From Clostridia bacterium (GTDB lineage: Bacteria > Bacillota > Clostridia > TANB77 > CAG-508), in assembly GCA_017613275.1 (NCBI GenBank), contig JAGAED010000006.1:97207-161206 (forward strand): a stretch of DNA of 64,000 nucleotides. The letters are read 5' to 3'. The translations under genes were made by a program, and so were the position numbers. Below the pieces are notes generated by a model. The model was not told the DNA's origin. It ran no database searches and worked only from the letters and a program-made list of their open reading frames with translations. This document shows, piece after piece, positions 1 to 9,214 of the stretch (the stretch's first letter is position 1; each line of letters opens with the position of its first letter).

Positions 1-3000
1 AAAACAAGCTAGTTGGGAAACTTACTCTTTTAGAAAGAAAAGATGAATATAAAAGACTATTACTACATGCTAACAATAGTAAAATATTAGAAACAATTGG
101 TAGTGCTTTTTCTTCCATGGAATTGTTGCATTATGGAGATATACAAGGAGAGGTAATTCAAGAAGTACCAAGCAAAATAATGGATATGTTTTCTTTAATT
201 CAACAAGTTAAGGCGGATTTCCCCAATATTAATGAGTTAAAGAGCGAATTAGTAGATTTTACTAAGTTTGAGATGAAATTTAATATTCCAGAAAATAGTA
301 TATTAAATAGAGAAGATAAAGTAAAAGATAATTTCACAATAGAAGAAATGTATAATTTAACAGCTGGAAGAGTGGCTTATGGTAATGCAGATTCTATTAT
401 AAAAAATGTTTTTTACTTAGCAAAATCTCAAGTAAGAGCAAGAGAGTTAGCAAATGTTTTGAATCAAATCACTGGTAATAATCCTAATTATGCTGAGATT
501 ATAGATTATATTTATAAAAATGGGTTTGAAATTGAGCCAGATGTCATAACAAGAAAAACAGGAAAAGGCTATCAAATTAGTGAAGCTGTAAGCCTTGATT
601 TAAAGGAAAATGAGAGAAATCTTGTAGAAGAAATTAAACAATTATCTAATGAAGAGTTACTTGAAATAATGCAGAAAGGTGGACTTTCAGATACAAGAGG
701 AATAATTACAAAGAACTTTTTAGAAGTTCAGGAAAATGAAAAAATCAGTCTAGAAGATTATTATGCAGAAGCTATAATTGACTTACATGACTGGCAAAAG
801 CTAGGAATAGAAGAATTTACTATTGAACAAAGAAATGATTTAATTAAAAAACTAAAAGAAAGCGAATGCGTTTCAATTTACAAAAAGCTAAAAGATGCGC
901 AAATACCAGAAAAAGATATTCCAAAGTATTTAATAAATATCGCTTCAAGAGATAATTTAAAAAGTATTCTAAATGAAGAAAATTTTGTTGAATTGATTAA
1001 ACAAAATGAACAAGAGCTAAAACAAGAACTTTCAATCCCTCAAATAGAAACATATTTAGGGTATTATGCAGTAAATGAAACAGGATTAGTTTTAAGAGAT
1101 TATCAAAGAAATGCGGTTGTAAAAACAGATGAAATATTTGAAAACAAAAAGTTTGCTTCAGTAGTATTACCAACAGGTGGAGGAAAGAGCTTTGTTGCAT
1201 TAACGGAGCTTATGGAACACAAAGATGAAAAAATGCTTTATCTAGCTCCTTCAAACGAAATATTGGAGCAGATGAAAGATTATATTATAGAATATGTTCA
1301 TGGATTACAAGGAACTTTAGGTAAAAAATCAAAAGAAGAAATAATTGCAGAAGTGTTTCATAATATAGCATTTGAAACATATCCAGGTTTACTTGCTAAA
1401 AAAGGTAAAGAAACAATAAAACAAGAATATGGTTTTATTGTTTTAGACGAATTACATAGAACTGGTGCAAGCGAGTGGGAAGATAGACTAGACCAATTAT
1501 TAGAAAATCAAAATGAAAATGTAAAAGTACTAGGAATAACAGCAACTCCAACAAGAGATATGGACGATAGAAACATGGCAAATGAAACAGCTCTAAAACT
1601 AGGTTACACACCAGAAGAAGTTCAAAAAAGGGAACATATTGCTATGGATATGGACTTAGTAGAAGCCATCAAACTTGGCTTAGTTGTAAATCCTAAAATA
1701 GTATCTTGTGAATATTCATTAAAAACAGACGGTAGAATGGAAGATTTGCTAGAAACTATTAACTCTATTGAAGATGAAAATGTTAGAAAAGAAAAACTAG
1801 CAAAATATGAACAATTAAGAAGAAGTTTGGATGAAGCAGAAGGAATCCCCGAAATTCTACAATCAAATGTAAAACCAGGTGGAAAATATATAGTATTTAT
1901 TCCAGTTACAGATAAAGGCGAAGAATTTGAAGATGAAGATGGAAATAAGATTGGTAAAAAATCTGGAGCAGATAAAATAAAAGAATGTGAAAAAGATATA
2001 AAAGAAAAATATCTTAAAAATTCTGGTATAAATCTTAAATGCTATTCAATGCTTGGAGCATATGGAGATAAGAAAAATGAGGCACAATTAAAGTTATTTG
2101 AAACAGATGAATCAAAAGATACAAAATTCATGATAGTAATGAACAAAGCAAATGAAGGGCTTCATGTAAAAGGAATAGACGGAATTATTTGGTTCAGAGC
2201 ATTAGACGAAAACTCTAAAATATTATATTTACAACAATTAGGAAGAGCAATATACTCAGAAGATCCAAACAATCCAACACCAGATGAAAAAAGACCAATT
2301 ATAATTGATTTAGTAAACAATACTCTAAATGTAGATATAGATAAAGAAATTAAAAATAATAACAGATTAGATGACCTTCAATTATTATCTGTTGTAGTAG
2401 ATTGGGTAAAAATGCATAATGGCTTACCAGACATAGATAGTACAAACAAAACAGAACAACGCTATGCAGCAACATTATATAGAATTCAAAATAAATACCA
2501 AGAATATTTAAACGGATTTGAAAATTATCCAGACCTAGATGAAAAAAAGAAAATACAAATCCAAACAATAATAGAAAAAGGCTTAGAAATTGACCTTTGG
2601 GATACTGAACTTCCACCCAAATCAGCAGAAGACATAGATAAAATAATAAATGTTGATACATTTGAAGTTAGAGGCTTGATGAAAGACTTTGTAGAATTAG
2701 AAAATGAGGTGGATGAAATTGCTGGTAGTGCTATATTACTTAAAAATGCACTAAAAATAGAAAAATGGTGTGAAGAGAATTTTGGGGATAAACCAGTATG
2801 GGAAAGAAGGTTGCCAAATTCTAAGTCAGAAGATGAAGAAGAGAAGAGACTTGGGATTGCATTAGGAACTATAAGAATAAGAATAAAACAATATGAAGGA
2901 ATACCAATAGAACAAATAGAAGATGAGGATGACCGCAAAATTACTGAAATAATTGAAAGACTAGATAGAGAATATGCATTTGGACGTAATCAGACTCATA

Positions 3001-4469
3001 ACTCATTAGGAAATGCATTAGAAATAGAAAATTGGTGCGAAGAAAAATTTAAAGATAAAAAACCATGGGAAAGAAGATTGCCAACAGGTGAATCGAAAGA
3101 TGAAGAAGAGAAAAGATTAGGAAAAGCATTAAAGGACTTAAGAAAAAAACTAAAACAATATGAAGGAATACCAATAGAACAAATAGAAGATGATGATGCT
3201 CGCAAAATTGCTGAAATACTTGAAGAACTTGATAGAGAATATGCATTTGGATTTCAACAGAATCATTGTTTATTAGGAAATGCATTAGAAATAGAAAATT
3301 GGTGCGAAGAAAATTTCAGAGAAAAAAAACCATGGGAAAGAAGATTGCCAACAGGTGGATCGAAAGATGAAGAAGAGAAAAGACTAGGATGTAACTGGAA
3401 TGCTTTAAAAACTAAAATAAAACAATATGAAGGAATACCAATTGAAGAAATAGAAGATGAAGATCACCGCAAAATTGCTGAAATAATGGAAAGACTTGAT
3501 AGAGAATATGCATTTGGACGTAATCAGACTCATAACTCATTAGGAAATGCATTAGAAATAGAAAATTGGTGTAAAGAAAAATTTGAGGAAAAGAAGTTAT
3601 GGGAAAGAAGATCACCATCACAAAACTCATCAGATGAAGAAGAAAAAAGATTGGGGCAAGCTTTAAGTGATTTAAGAAAAAAACTAAAACAATATGAAGG
3701 AATACCAATAGAGCAAATAGAAGATAAAGATGATAGAAAAATTGCTGAAATAATTGAAAGACTTGATAGAGAATATGCATTTGGAGAAGGTCAAATTCAT
3801 AATTTATTAGGAAACGCATTAGAAATAGAAAATTGGTGTAAAGAAAAATTTGGAGATAAGCCAGTATGGAAAAGAAAAACACCATCACAAAAATCAACAA
3901 ATGAAGAAGAGAAAAAACTTGGAAATGAACTACAGGCGTTGAAAAAGAAAAGAAAAAAATATGAAGGGATACCAAGTGAAAAGATAGAAAATGAAGAAGA
4001 TAGGAAAATAGTAGAAATAGTAAGAAGAATAGAGAAAAAATATGCATTTGGAGAAGGTCAAATTCATAATTTATTAGGAAACACATTAGAAATAGAAAAT
4101 TGGTGTAAAGAAAAATTTGGAGATAAGCCAGTATGTGAAAGAAAATTACCATCACTCAAATCAATAGATGAGGAAGAGAAAAGATTAGGAAGAGCATTAA
4201 AGACTATAAAAAACAGATTAAAACAATATAAAGGAATACCAATAGAAAAAATAGAAGACGAAGAAGATAGAAAAATTGCTGAAATAATTGATAGACTTGA
4301 TAGAGAGTATAATTATAAAAAAACAAAAGCGCAAGATGTAGGCGAAGCCGGCTTCGAAGTCGGAATAGGCGACATAGACAAATTTGACGAAGTAAGTCAG
4401 GTATTTGATAGTGTAGTTGAAAAAACAAAAGAAGAAACTAAAAAAGGAGGAACAAATAGAGATGAGTAA
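1..4469 (+). CDS. Large SF2 (DEAD/DEAH-like, ResIII-type) helicase with six C-terminal 89-aa repeats; 5' end lies outside the window
   Basis: Frame is open from position 3. Motifs LRDYQ, LPTGGGKS, LDELH, TATP, NEGLHV, QQLGRA; six 267-bp repeats at about 2744-4310. Confidence 0.85.
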   Translation, partial: NKLVGKLTLLERKDEYKRLLLHANNSKILETIGSAFSSMELLHYGDIQGEVIQEVPSKIMDMFSLIQQVKADFPNINELKSELVDFTKFEMKFNIPENSILNREDKVKDNFTIEEMYNLTAGRVAYGNADSIIKNVFYLAKSQVRARELANVLNQITGNNPNYAEIIDYIYKNGFEIEPDVITRKTGKGYQISEAVSLDLKENERNLVEEIKQLSNEELLEIMQKGGLSDTRGIITKNFLEVQENEKISLEDYYAEAIIDLHDWQKLGIEEFTIEQRNDLIKKLKESECVSIYKKLKDAQIPEKDIPKYLINIASRDNLKSILNEENFVELIKQNEQELKQELSIPQIETYLGYYAVNETGLVLRDYQRNAVVKTDEIFENKKFASVVLPTGGGKSFVALTELMEHKDEKMLYLAPSNEILEQMKDYIIEYVHGLQGTLGKKSKEEIIAEVFHNIAFETYPGLLAKKGKETIKQEYGFIVLDELHRTGASEWEDRLDQLLENQNENVKVLGITATPTRDMDDRNMANETALKLGYTPEEVQKREHIAMDMDLVEAIKLGLVVNPKIVSCEYSLKTDGRMEDLLETINSIEDENVRKEKLAKYEQLRRSLDEAEGIPEILQSNVKPGGKYIVFIPVTDKGEEFEDEDGNKIGKKSGADKIKECEKDIKEKYLKNSGINLKCYSMLGAYGDKKNEAQLKLFETDESKDTKFMIVMNKANEGLHVKGIDGIIWFRALDENSKILYLQQLGRAIYSEDPNNPTPDEKRPIIIDLVNNTLNVDIDKEIKNNNRLDDLQLLSVVVDWVKMHNGLPDIDSTNKTEQRYAATLYRIQNKYQEYLNGFENYPDLDEKKKIQIQTIIEKGLEIDLWDTELPPKSAEDIDKIINVDTFEVRGLMKDFVELENEVDEIAGSAILLKNALKIEKWCEENFGDKPVWERRLPNSKSEDEEEKRLGIALGTIRIRIKQYEGIPIEQIEDEDDRKITEIIERLDREYAFGRNQTHNSLGNALEIENWCEEKFKDKKPWERRLPTGESKDEEEKRLGKALKDLRKKLKQYEGIPIEQIEDDDARKIAEILEELDREYAFGFQQNHCLLGNALEIENWCEENFREKKPWERRLPTGGSKDEEEKRLGCNWNALKTKIKQYEGIPIEEIEDEDHRKIAEIMERLDREYAFGRNQTHNSLGNALEIENWCKEKFEEKKLWERRSPSQNSSDEEEKRLGQALSDLRKKLKQYEGIPIEQIEDKDDRKIAEIIERLDREYAFGEGQIHNLLGNALEIENWCKEKFGDKPVWKRKTPSQKSTNEEEKKLGNELQALKKKRKKYEGIPSEKIENEEDRKIVEIVRRIEKKYAFGEGQIHNLLGNTLEIENWCKEKFGDKPVCERKLPSLKSIDEEEKRLGRALKTIKNRLKQYKGIPIEKIEDEEDRKIAEIIDRLDREYNYKKTKAQDVGEAGFEVGIGDIDKFDEVSQVFDSVVEKTKEETKKGGTNRDE
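2744..4310 (+). repeat. Six tandem 267-bp (89-aa) coding repeats, similar to helicase-associated (HA) domains
   Basis: Units beginning NAL(K/E)IE(K/N)WC start at 2744, 3011, 3278, 3545, 3812 and 4079, an exact 267-nt period. Confidence 0.95.
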
Positions 4470-4899
4470 ATATACTGATGCATTTACACAAGTATATGTA
4501 ATATTAAATGAATTAGATGACAATGCTTATGATAAAATTCCTCCAGAAGTTGTTGATGCAATTAGAAAAAACAGAAATAAAGAATACAAATTCGAAGTGG
4601 ATAAAAGTATAGATTTAAAAGATAATGACTTACTTCCAGAAGCAAGAGCATTATTATTTAAAATATACAGAGATTATCTAGCAACACCAGAACAAAGAGT
4701 TAAAATAATAAAAATGCAAAATGAAGAAAGAAGAAAAAGTGAACTAAGAAAACAGCAACAATACAACAAAGAGGTATTTGAAAATAAAAAGCTAGAATCT
4801 GAGCCCCAAACTAACCAACCCAAAACACAACTTGTACTATATAAAGAAAATGTATTTAAGAAAATATGTAAGAAACTAAAAGGGATTTTTAAAAAATAA
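4462..4899 (+). CDS. Hypothetical 145-aa protein, copy 1 (MSKYTDAFTQVY...)
   Basis: RBS AGGAGG precedes ATG 4462, which overlaps the end of the helicase; nearly identical to 8570-9007. Confidence 0.85.
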   Translation: MSKYTDAFTQVYVILNELDDNAYDKIPPEVVDAIRKNRNKEYKFEVDKSIDLKDNDLLPEARALLFKIYRDYLATPEQRVKIIKMQNEERRKSELRKQQQYNKEVFENKKLESEPQTNQPKTQLVLYKENVFKKICKKLKGIFKK

Positions 4900-4910
4900 T
4901 CAGTACCAAT

Positions 4911-4976
4911 AATTACCAAAAGTCGAATTTTGTCGAACGATTTATGTTGACAAAACTCGACTTTTTATGTTATATT
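4911..4976 (+). promoter_or_regulatory. Tandem Spo0A-box-like sites (AGTCGAA, TGTCGAA) next to a sigmaA-like TTGACA...TATATT promoter
   Basis: TGTCGAA at 4931-4937 matches the 0A box TGNCGAA; the same arrangement occurs at 20371-20437. Confidence 0.5.
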
Positions 4977-5068
4977 AAACAAAATTAAAATTCATTTTAT
5001 TTAAAATCTTTATTTTAAAAATCTTAGAATTTCCAATTAAATTAAAAAACAAAAGGAATATAAATGTC

Positions 5069-5097
5069 TTGACAAATAGTACTAAATATAGTATTAT
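5069..5097 (+). promoter_or_regulatory. sigmaA-like promoter of hicAB with an overlapping palindromic operator
   Basis: TTGACA-17 nt-TATTAT; the imperfect palindrome ATAGTACTAAATATAGTATTAT covers the spacer and -10. Confidence 0.6.
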
Positions 5098-5149
5098 AAT
5101 ATCAGATATATTTATATTTCAAATATGCACAATAAGGAGTGATATAAAT

Positions 5150-5378
5150 ATGTCTACAATTGATAAGTTAATTGAAAAAATGAAAAGACAGCCTAATGGT
5201 ATAAGATTTCAAGAGCTAGCGAGAGTATTGGAATATAATGGATATGCAATGAAGACAAAAACACGGAACCTCACATAGACAATTCATAAATGCAACTGGA
5301 GATGTAATAACAATTAAACAAGAAAATCCATTAAAAGCTGTATATGTTAAAGATGTACTAAAAAGAATAGGAGAATAG
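5150..5378 (+). CDS. hicA: HicA-family toxin, 75 aa after a +1 shift at CGGA 5264-5267
   Basis: RBS AAGGAG; the joined protein reads ...GYAMKTKT-G-TSHRQFINATGDVITIKQENPLKAVYVKDVLKRIGE; lies directly upstream of hicB. Confidence 0.85.
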
Positions 5379-5420
5379 AAAAAAATTATTTGAGTAGAAT
5401 TATTAAAGGAGGATTGTAAC

Positions 5421-5768
5421 ATGAAAAAAGTAGACGACTATATGAAATTGCCATATAATTATATTATTCAACCAGTAAATGATGAAAGTGGATTTTATTA
5501 TTATGCCCGTGTGCTTGAATTCGATGGATGTCAAAGTACAGGAGAAACTTTTGAAGAAGCATATAGTAATTTAAAAGATGCTATGGAAGGTTGGATTGAA
5601 GCAAAATTAGAAGGTGGGTTTAAGGTGCCTTTACCAGTGGGATATGAAAATTTTAGTGGCAAATTTGTTGTTAGAATACCAAAATCTTTACATTATAAAC
5701 TTTCATTAGAAGCTGAACAAGAGGGAGTTTCTTTAAATCAATATGCTTTATATAAGTTAAGTAATTAA
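5421..5768 (+). CDS. hicB: HicB-family antitoxin with C-terminal ribbon-helix-helix
   Basis: FDGCQSTGETFEEAY...; SGKFVVRIPKSLHYKL...EGVSLNQY. Confidence 0.9.
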   Translation: MKKVDDYMKLPYNYIIQPVNDESGFYYYARVLEFDGCQSTGETFEEAYSNLKDAMEGWIEAKLEGGFKVPLPVGYENFSGKFVVRIPKSLHYKLSLEAEQEGVSLNQYALYKLSN

Positions 5769-5776
5769 AAATACAC

Positions 5777-5814
5777 AAAAAGAAGAGGAGTCTACATTGT
5801 AGAGTCCTTTTCTT
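5777..5814. terminator. Bidirectional intrinsic terminator
   Basis: Hairpin AGGAGTCTACA-T-TGTAGAGTCCT flanked by A and T tracts between convergent genes. Confidence 0.6.
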
Positions 5815-5823
5815 TAATGTAAT

Positions 5824-6339
5824 CTAATTATTATTTTCATTTTTTTCTTTTATTTTTATATTAATCTTTTTTACAAGTAAATTTTCTTTAACATCTTTTA
5901 TCATAAAAACTAAACATGCTACTGCATAGATAATTACCATAATTATAACATTTAACATAGCAACATTTTTTGAATAAATACTTTCAATATTTATAAGATT
6001 AAGGGATATAATCATTCCTAAAACTGATAATAATAATAATAAAACTGAAATACATGGATGTTTATACGTGAATTTAATAGTTGTTTCTCTATTCAAAAAT
6101 AATAATGCGGTATTGAGATTTACAAATACTATAAAATAGGCTAAGCCCATAACCATTGCTTGATATACTAAAGTTCTTATATTGTTTAATTGAAGTAATT
6201 CTTTATTAGCTGCATCTTCTCCTACAATACAAAAGATACCAGCATATGATAGTATTAGTAAAGTTACTCCTATTGGAAATCCAATTAAAGAAGAAGTAAA
6301 AAGTTTTTTTACAATATTTTCTTTTTTCATTTTTCTCAC
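5824..6339 (-). CDS. Membrane protein, DUF3021-like
   Basis: Four hydrophobic segments; N-terminal LIGFPIGV and C-terminal VKKINIKI pattern. Confidence 0.55.
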   Translation of the reverse strand: MRKMKKENIVKKLFTSSLIGFPIGVTLLILSYAGIFCIVGEDAANKELLQLNNIRTLVYQAMVMGLAYFIVFVNLNTALLFLNRETTIKFTYKHPCISVLLLLLSVLGMIISLNLINIESIYSKNVAMLNVIIMVIIYAVACLVFMIKDVKENLLVKKINIKIKEKNENNN

Positions 6340-6548
6340 ACTCCTACATTCCTAAAAATTCTTTCAATTTTTATTGGACTTTGCATTACTTTTTAACTAT
6401 TCGGTAAAATATAGAATATAAATGGTATGTTTTGGTGGAAAATATTACAAAAACATAACAAATACATTAAATTTTGGTTACTTTTAACAACTATATTGCT
6501 ATTTGTGGTAAAATTATAATGATAAATTGTATTTTTAGGGAGCAAATT

Positions 6549-8567
6549 ATGGGTATAGATTTAGTAAATAAAAATCAAAGATTTTCAGGAAGGAAAAATT
6601 TGAAAATAAACGAAAAGATAGAGTTATTTGAAGAATATTTAAATAATGGAAATACAGGTAAAACAATCATATACGATACAATTTATGAAGGATATCCAAT
6701 TGGAATGTATTTAAAAACAATTAGATATGAATTAAATGATGAAGAAAAAGCCAAAAAATATAGTGAAGAAACAATAAATAAACTTGCTTCTTTAGGATTA
6801 TTAGATGATAAACACGAGTCAACAATAACTAAAAAAATTGATAGATTAATAGAATTTGTACAAAATAATCCTGAACTATGGGAATTCAGTTATCATAAAA
6901 CTATTGATACAATAATCAATGAGTTCTTTGAAGAGAATATAGATGAAGAAAAAAGAGAAGAATTAATAAAACAATTAGAAATGGCAAATAAGGATTATGA
7001 TTATATTCATAGTAGAAACAAGAAAGGAAAAATAAGCGAGGCAGATATTGAGAGATTAAAAGAAGCAGGAATTGGTCGAGCATTTGGCAAATCAAATAAA
7101 CAACAAAGAATAATGGATGAATATGGAATAGGAAATGAGGCATTTAAATATATTATAAATCATTATGGCTCGTTAGAAGACTTTTATATAGCATATATTG
7201 ATACTCTAATGAAAGGTAATATTGAAAAAATAATTAATAAAAAACTATTGGGCCAAAACAAGTTGATAAAATATTTTGATTTAAATGCATCTGATTTTAT
7301 TTATAGAGATAATCAAGGTTATTTGGAATTATTAGAAACTTTAATGGGAGAAAAAATAATAATAATTAAAGATAAAAACGAAATTTTTAAAATAGTAAAT
7401 GAAATCTTACAATCCGTTAATGACAAAAAGGCTAATATGGTGAGAATGTATTATGGATTGGATGGATATAAAAAAATGCCTTATCAACAAATAGGAGAAC
7501 AATATGGAATCACACGCGAACGTGTTAGACAGTTAATGGAAAAAAGTATTAGAATACTGGGGCTTTCAAAGGAAAAATTGCAAACAGTTGAAAACTTTAT
7601 TGTAAATTATAATATGGAAGAAGAGGTAGTACGAAGATTCGTAATTGAATATTTTAAAAAATATTCAGTGTTTTATACAAAAAACAAAAGGAAAATAGAT
7701 AAGAAAGTACAAAAAGAATTTAAATCGTTTCTAAGAAAAAAAGTAAAAGATGGCATGGAGACAGAAAAAAACGTAAATACTCTTATAGTAAATCTAGAAT
7801 TATCACCAAGAATATATAATTGCTTAAATGAAGCTGGAATTTATACAGTTAGAGGAGTAACAAATAAAACAGAAAAAGAAATGATATATATATTGGGAGA
7901 AAATTCATTCAATAGGTTAAAAGAAAGAATATATTCATTAGGGTTAAGTTTTAAGGAAGAAACAAAAAAAGAAATAGAATATAATACTCCCATTGAAGAA
8001 TTAAATTTATCTGTAAGATCATATAATGCTTTAAAAAAGTGTGGAGTAAAAACGTTAGTAGAGCTAGCTAAGAAAAAAGAATCAGAATTAAAAAAACTCG
8101 ATAATTTTGGTGCAAAATCGCTGGCCGAGATAAATACTATATTGAATGCATTGGGATTGGAATTAAAAAGAGATGAAAAACAAAAAAAGCATAAAATAAG
8201 AGAAAAACAAGAAATAGGATATGATATAAAGATTGAAGAATTAGGATTTTCAACTAGAACATATAATACTTTAAAAAGAGGAAAAGCGAATACATTTGGA
8301 GATTTAATAAATACAACAGAAGATGAGTTTTATAACATGTGGGGCTTTGGAAGAAAAGCAATGAATGAAATAAAAGAAAAGGTACATTCAATGGGATTTA
8401 CGCTTATTGATGAGGATGAAGAGCTTGAAGAAACGAAAATTGTAACTGCTCAAGAAATGGGCGAAGCCGGATTTGAAGTTGGAATAGGGGATATAGATAA
8501 ATTTGATGAAACAGAAAAAGAGCTAGAAAATCTTGTGGAAAAGGAAAAAGAAGGAGGAAATAAATAA
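6549..8567 (+). CDS. Multidomain protein: HA-like N-terminus, sigma70 region-4 HTH, three RNA polymerase alpha-CTD-like domains, shared C-terminal tail
   Basis: YYGLDGYKKMPYQQIGEQYGITRERVRQL (sigma region 4); LELSPRIYNCL, IEELNLSVRSYNAL...NFGAKSLAEI and IEELGFSTRTYNTL (alpha-CTD); RBS AGGGAG before ATG 6549. Confidence 0.8.
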   Translation: MGIDLVNKNQRFSGRKNLKINEKIELFEEYLNNGNTGKTIIYDTIYEGYPIGMYLKTIRYELNDEEKAKKYSEETINKLASLGLLDDKHESTITKKIDRLIEFVQNNPELWEFSYHKTIDTIINEFFEENIDEEKREELIKQLEMANKDYDYIHSRNKKGKISEADIERLKEAGIGRAFGKSNKQQRIMDEYGIGNEAFKYIINHYGSLEDFYIAYIDTLMKGNIEKIINKKLLGQNKLIKYFDLNASDFIYRDNQGYLELLETLMGEKIIIIKDKNEIFKIVNEILQSVNDKKANMVRMYYGLDGYKKMPYQQIGEQYGITRERVRQLMEKSIRILGLSKEKLQTVENFIVNYNMEEEVVRRFVIEYFKKYSVFYTKNKRKIDKKVQKEFKSFLRKKVKDGMETEKNVNTLIVNLELSPRIYNCLNEAGIYTVRGVTNKTEKEMIYILGENSFNRLKERIYSLGLSFKEETKKEIEYNTPIEELNLSVRSYNALKKCGVKTLVELAKKKESELKKLDNFGAKSLAEINTILNALGLELKRDEKQKKHKIREKQEIGYDIKIEELGFSTRTYNTLKRGKANTFGDLINTTEDEFYNMWGFGRKAMNEIKEKVHSMGFTLIDEDEELEETKIVTAQEMGEAGFEVGIGDIDKFDETEKELENLVEKEKEGGNK

Positions 8568-8569
8568 AG

Positions 8570-9007
8570 ATGAGTAAATATACAGATGCATTTACACAAG
8601 TATATGTAATATTAAATGAATTAGATGATGACACTTATGATAAAATTCCTCCAGAAGTTGTTGATGCAATAAGAAAAAACAGAAATAAAGAATACAAATT
8701 CGAAGTAGATAAAAGTATAGATTTAAAAGACAATGACTTACTTCCAGAAGCAAGAGCATTGTTATTCAAAATATATAGAGATTATCTAGCAACACCAGAA
8801 CAAAGACAAAAGATAATAAAAATGCAAAATGAAGAAAGAAGAAAAAGTGAACTAAGAAAACAGCAACAATACAACAAAGATGTATTTGCAAATAAAAAGC
8901 TAGAATCTGAGCCCAAAACTAACAAACCCAAAACACAACTTGTACTATATAAAGAGAACGTATTTAAGAAAATCTGTAAGAAACTAAAAGGGATTTTTAA
9001 AAAATAA
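8570..9007 (+). CDS. Hypothetical 145-aa protein, copy 2
   Basis: Near-identical paralog of 4462-4899; RBS AGGAGG. Confidence 0.85.
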   Translation: MSKYTDAFTQVYVILNELDDDTYDKIPPEVVDAIRKNRNKEYKFEVDKSIDLKDNDLLPEARALLFKIYRDYLATPEQRQKIIKMQNEERRKSELRKQQQYNKDVFANKKLESEPKTNKPKTQLVLYKENVFKKICKKLKGIFKK

Positions 9008-9214
9008 TGTATGAAGAGGGCTATGATTACATAGCTCTCTTTTAATATCTTTAACACGAACATTTTGTAATAAAAATGTAATAAAAAGTCGAAATCTTAG
9101 AGTTGACTTTAAAACCTAAATGCAACTTCAAAAATGTTGCATTTGCAACTAGAAATGCTTCAATTCTATCAATATAATTTCTTTAATAAATTTGTCAATA
9201 TATAATAGAGAGGA

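Noticed and set aside
2744-4310. Possible CRISPR array or DGR repeats
   Set aside because: The repeats are 267-nt in-frame coding units with no spacers, and no cas or reverse transcriptase gene is in the window.
997-4523. Many minus-strand ORFs opposite large genes, here and throughout the track
   Set aside because: They are low-complexity shadow frames of A-rich coding strands with no RBS or motifs.
6340-6372. Possible remnant of a LytTR gene end (LKEFLGM*) upstream of the DUF3021-like gene
   Set aside because: Too short to support.
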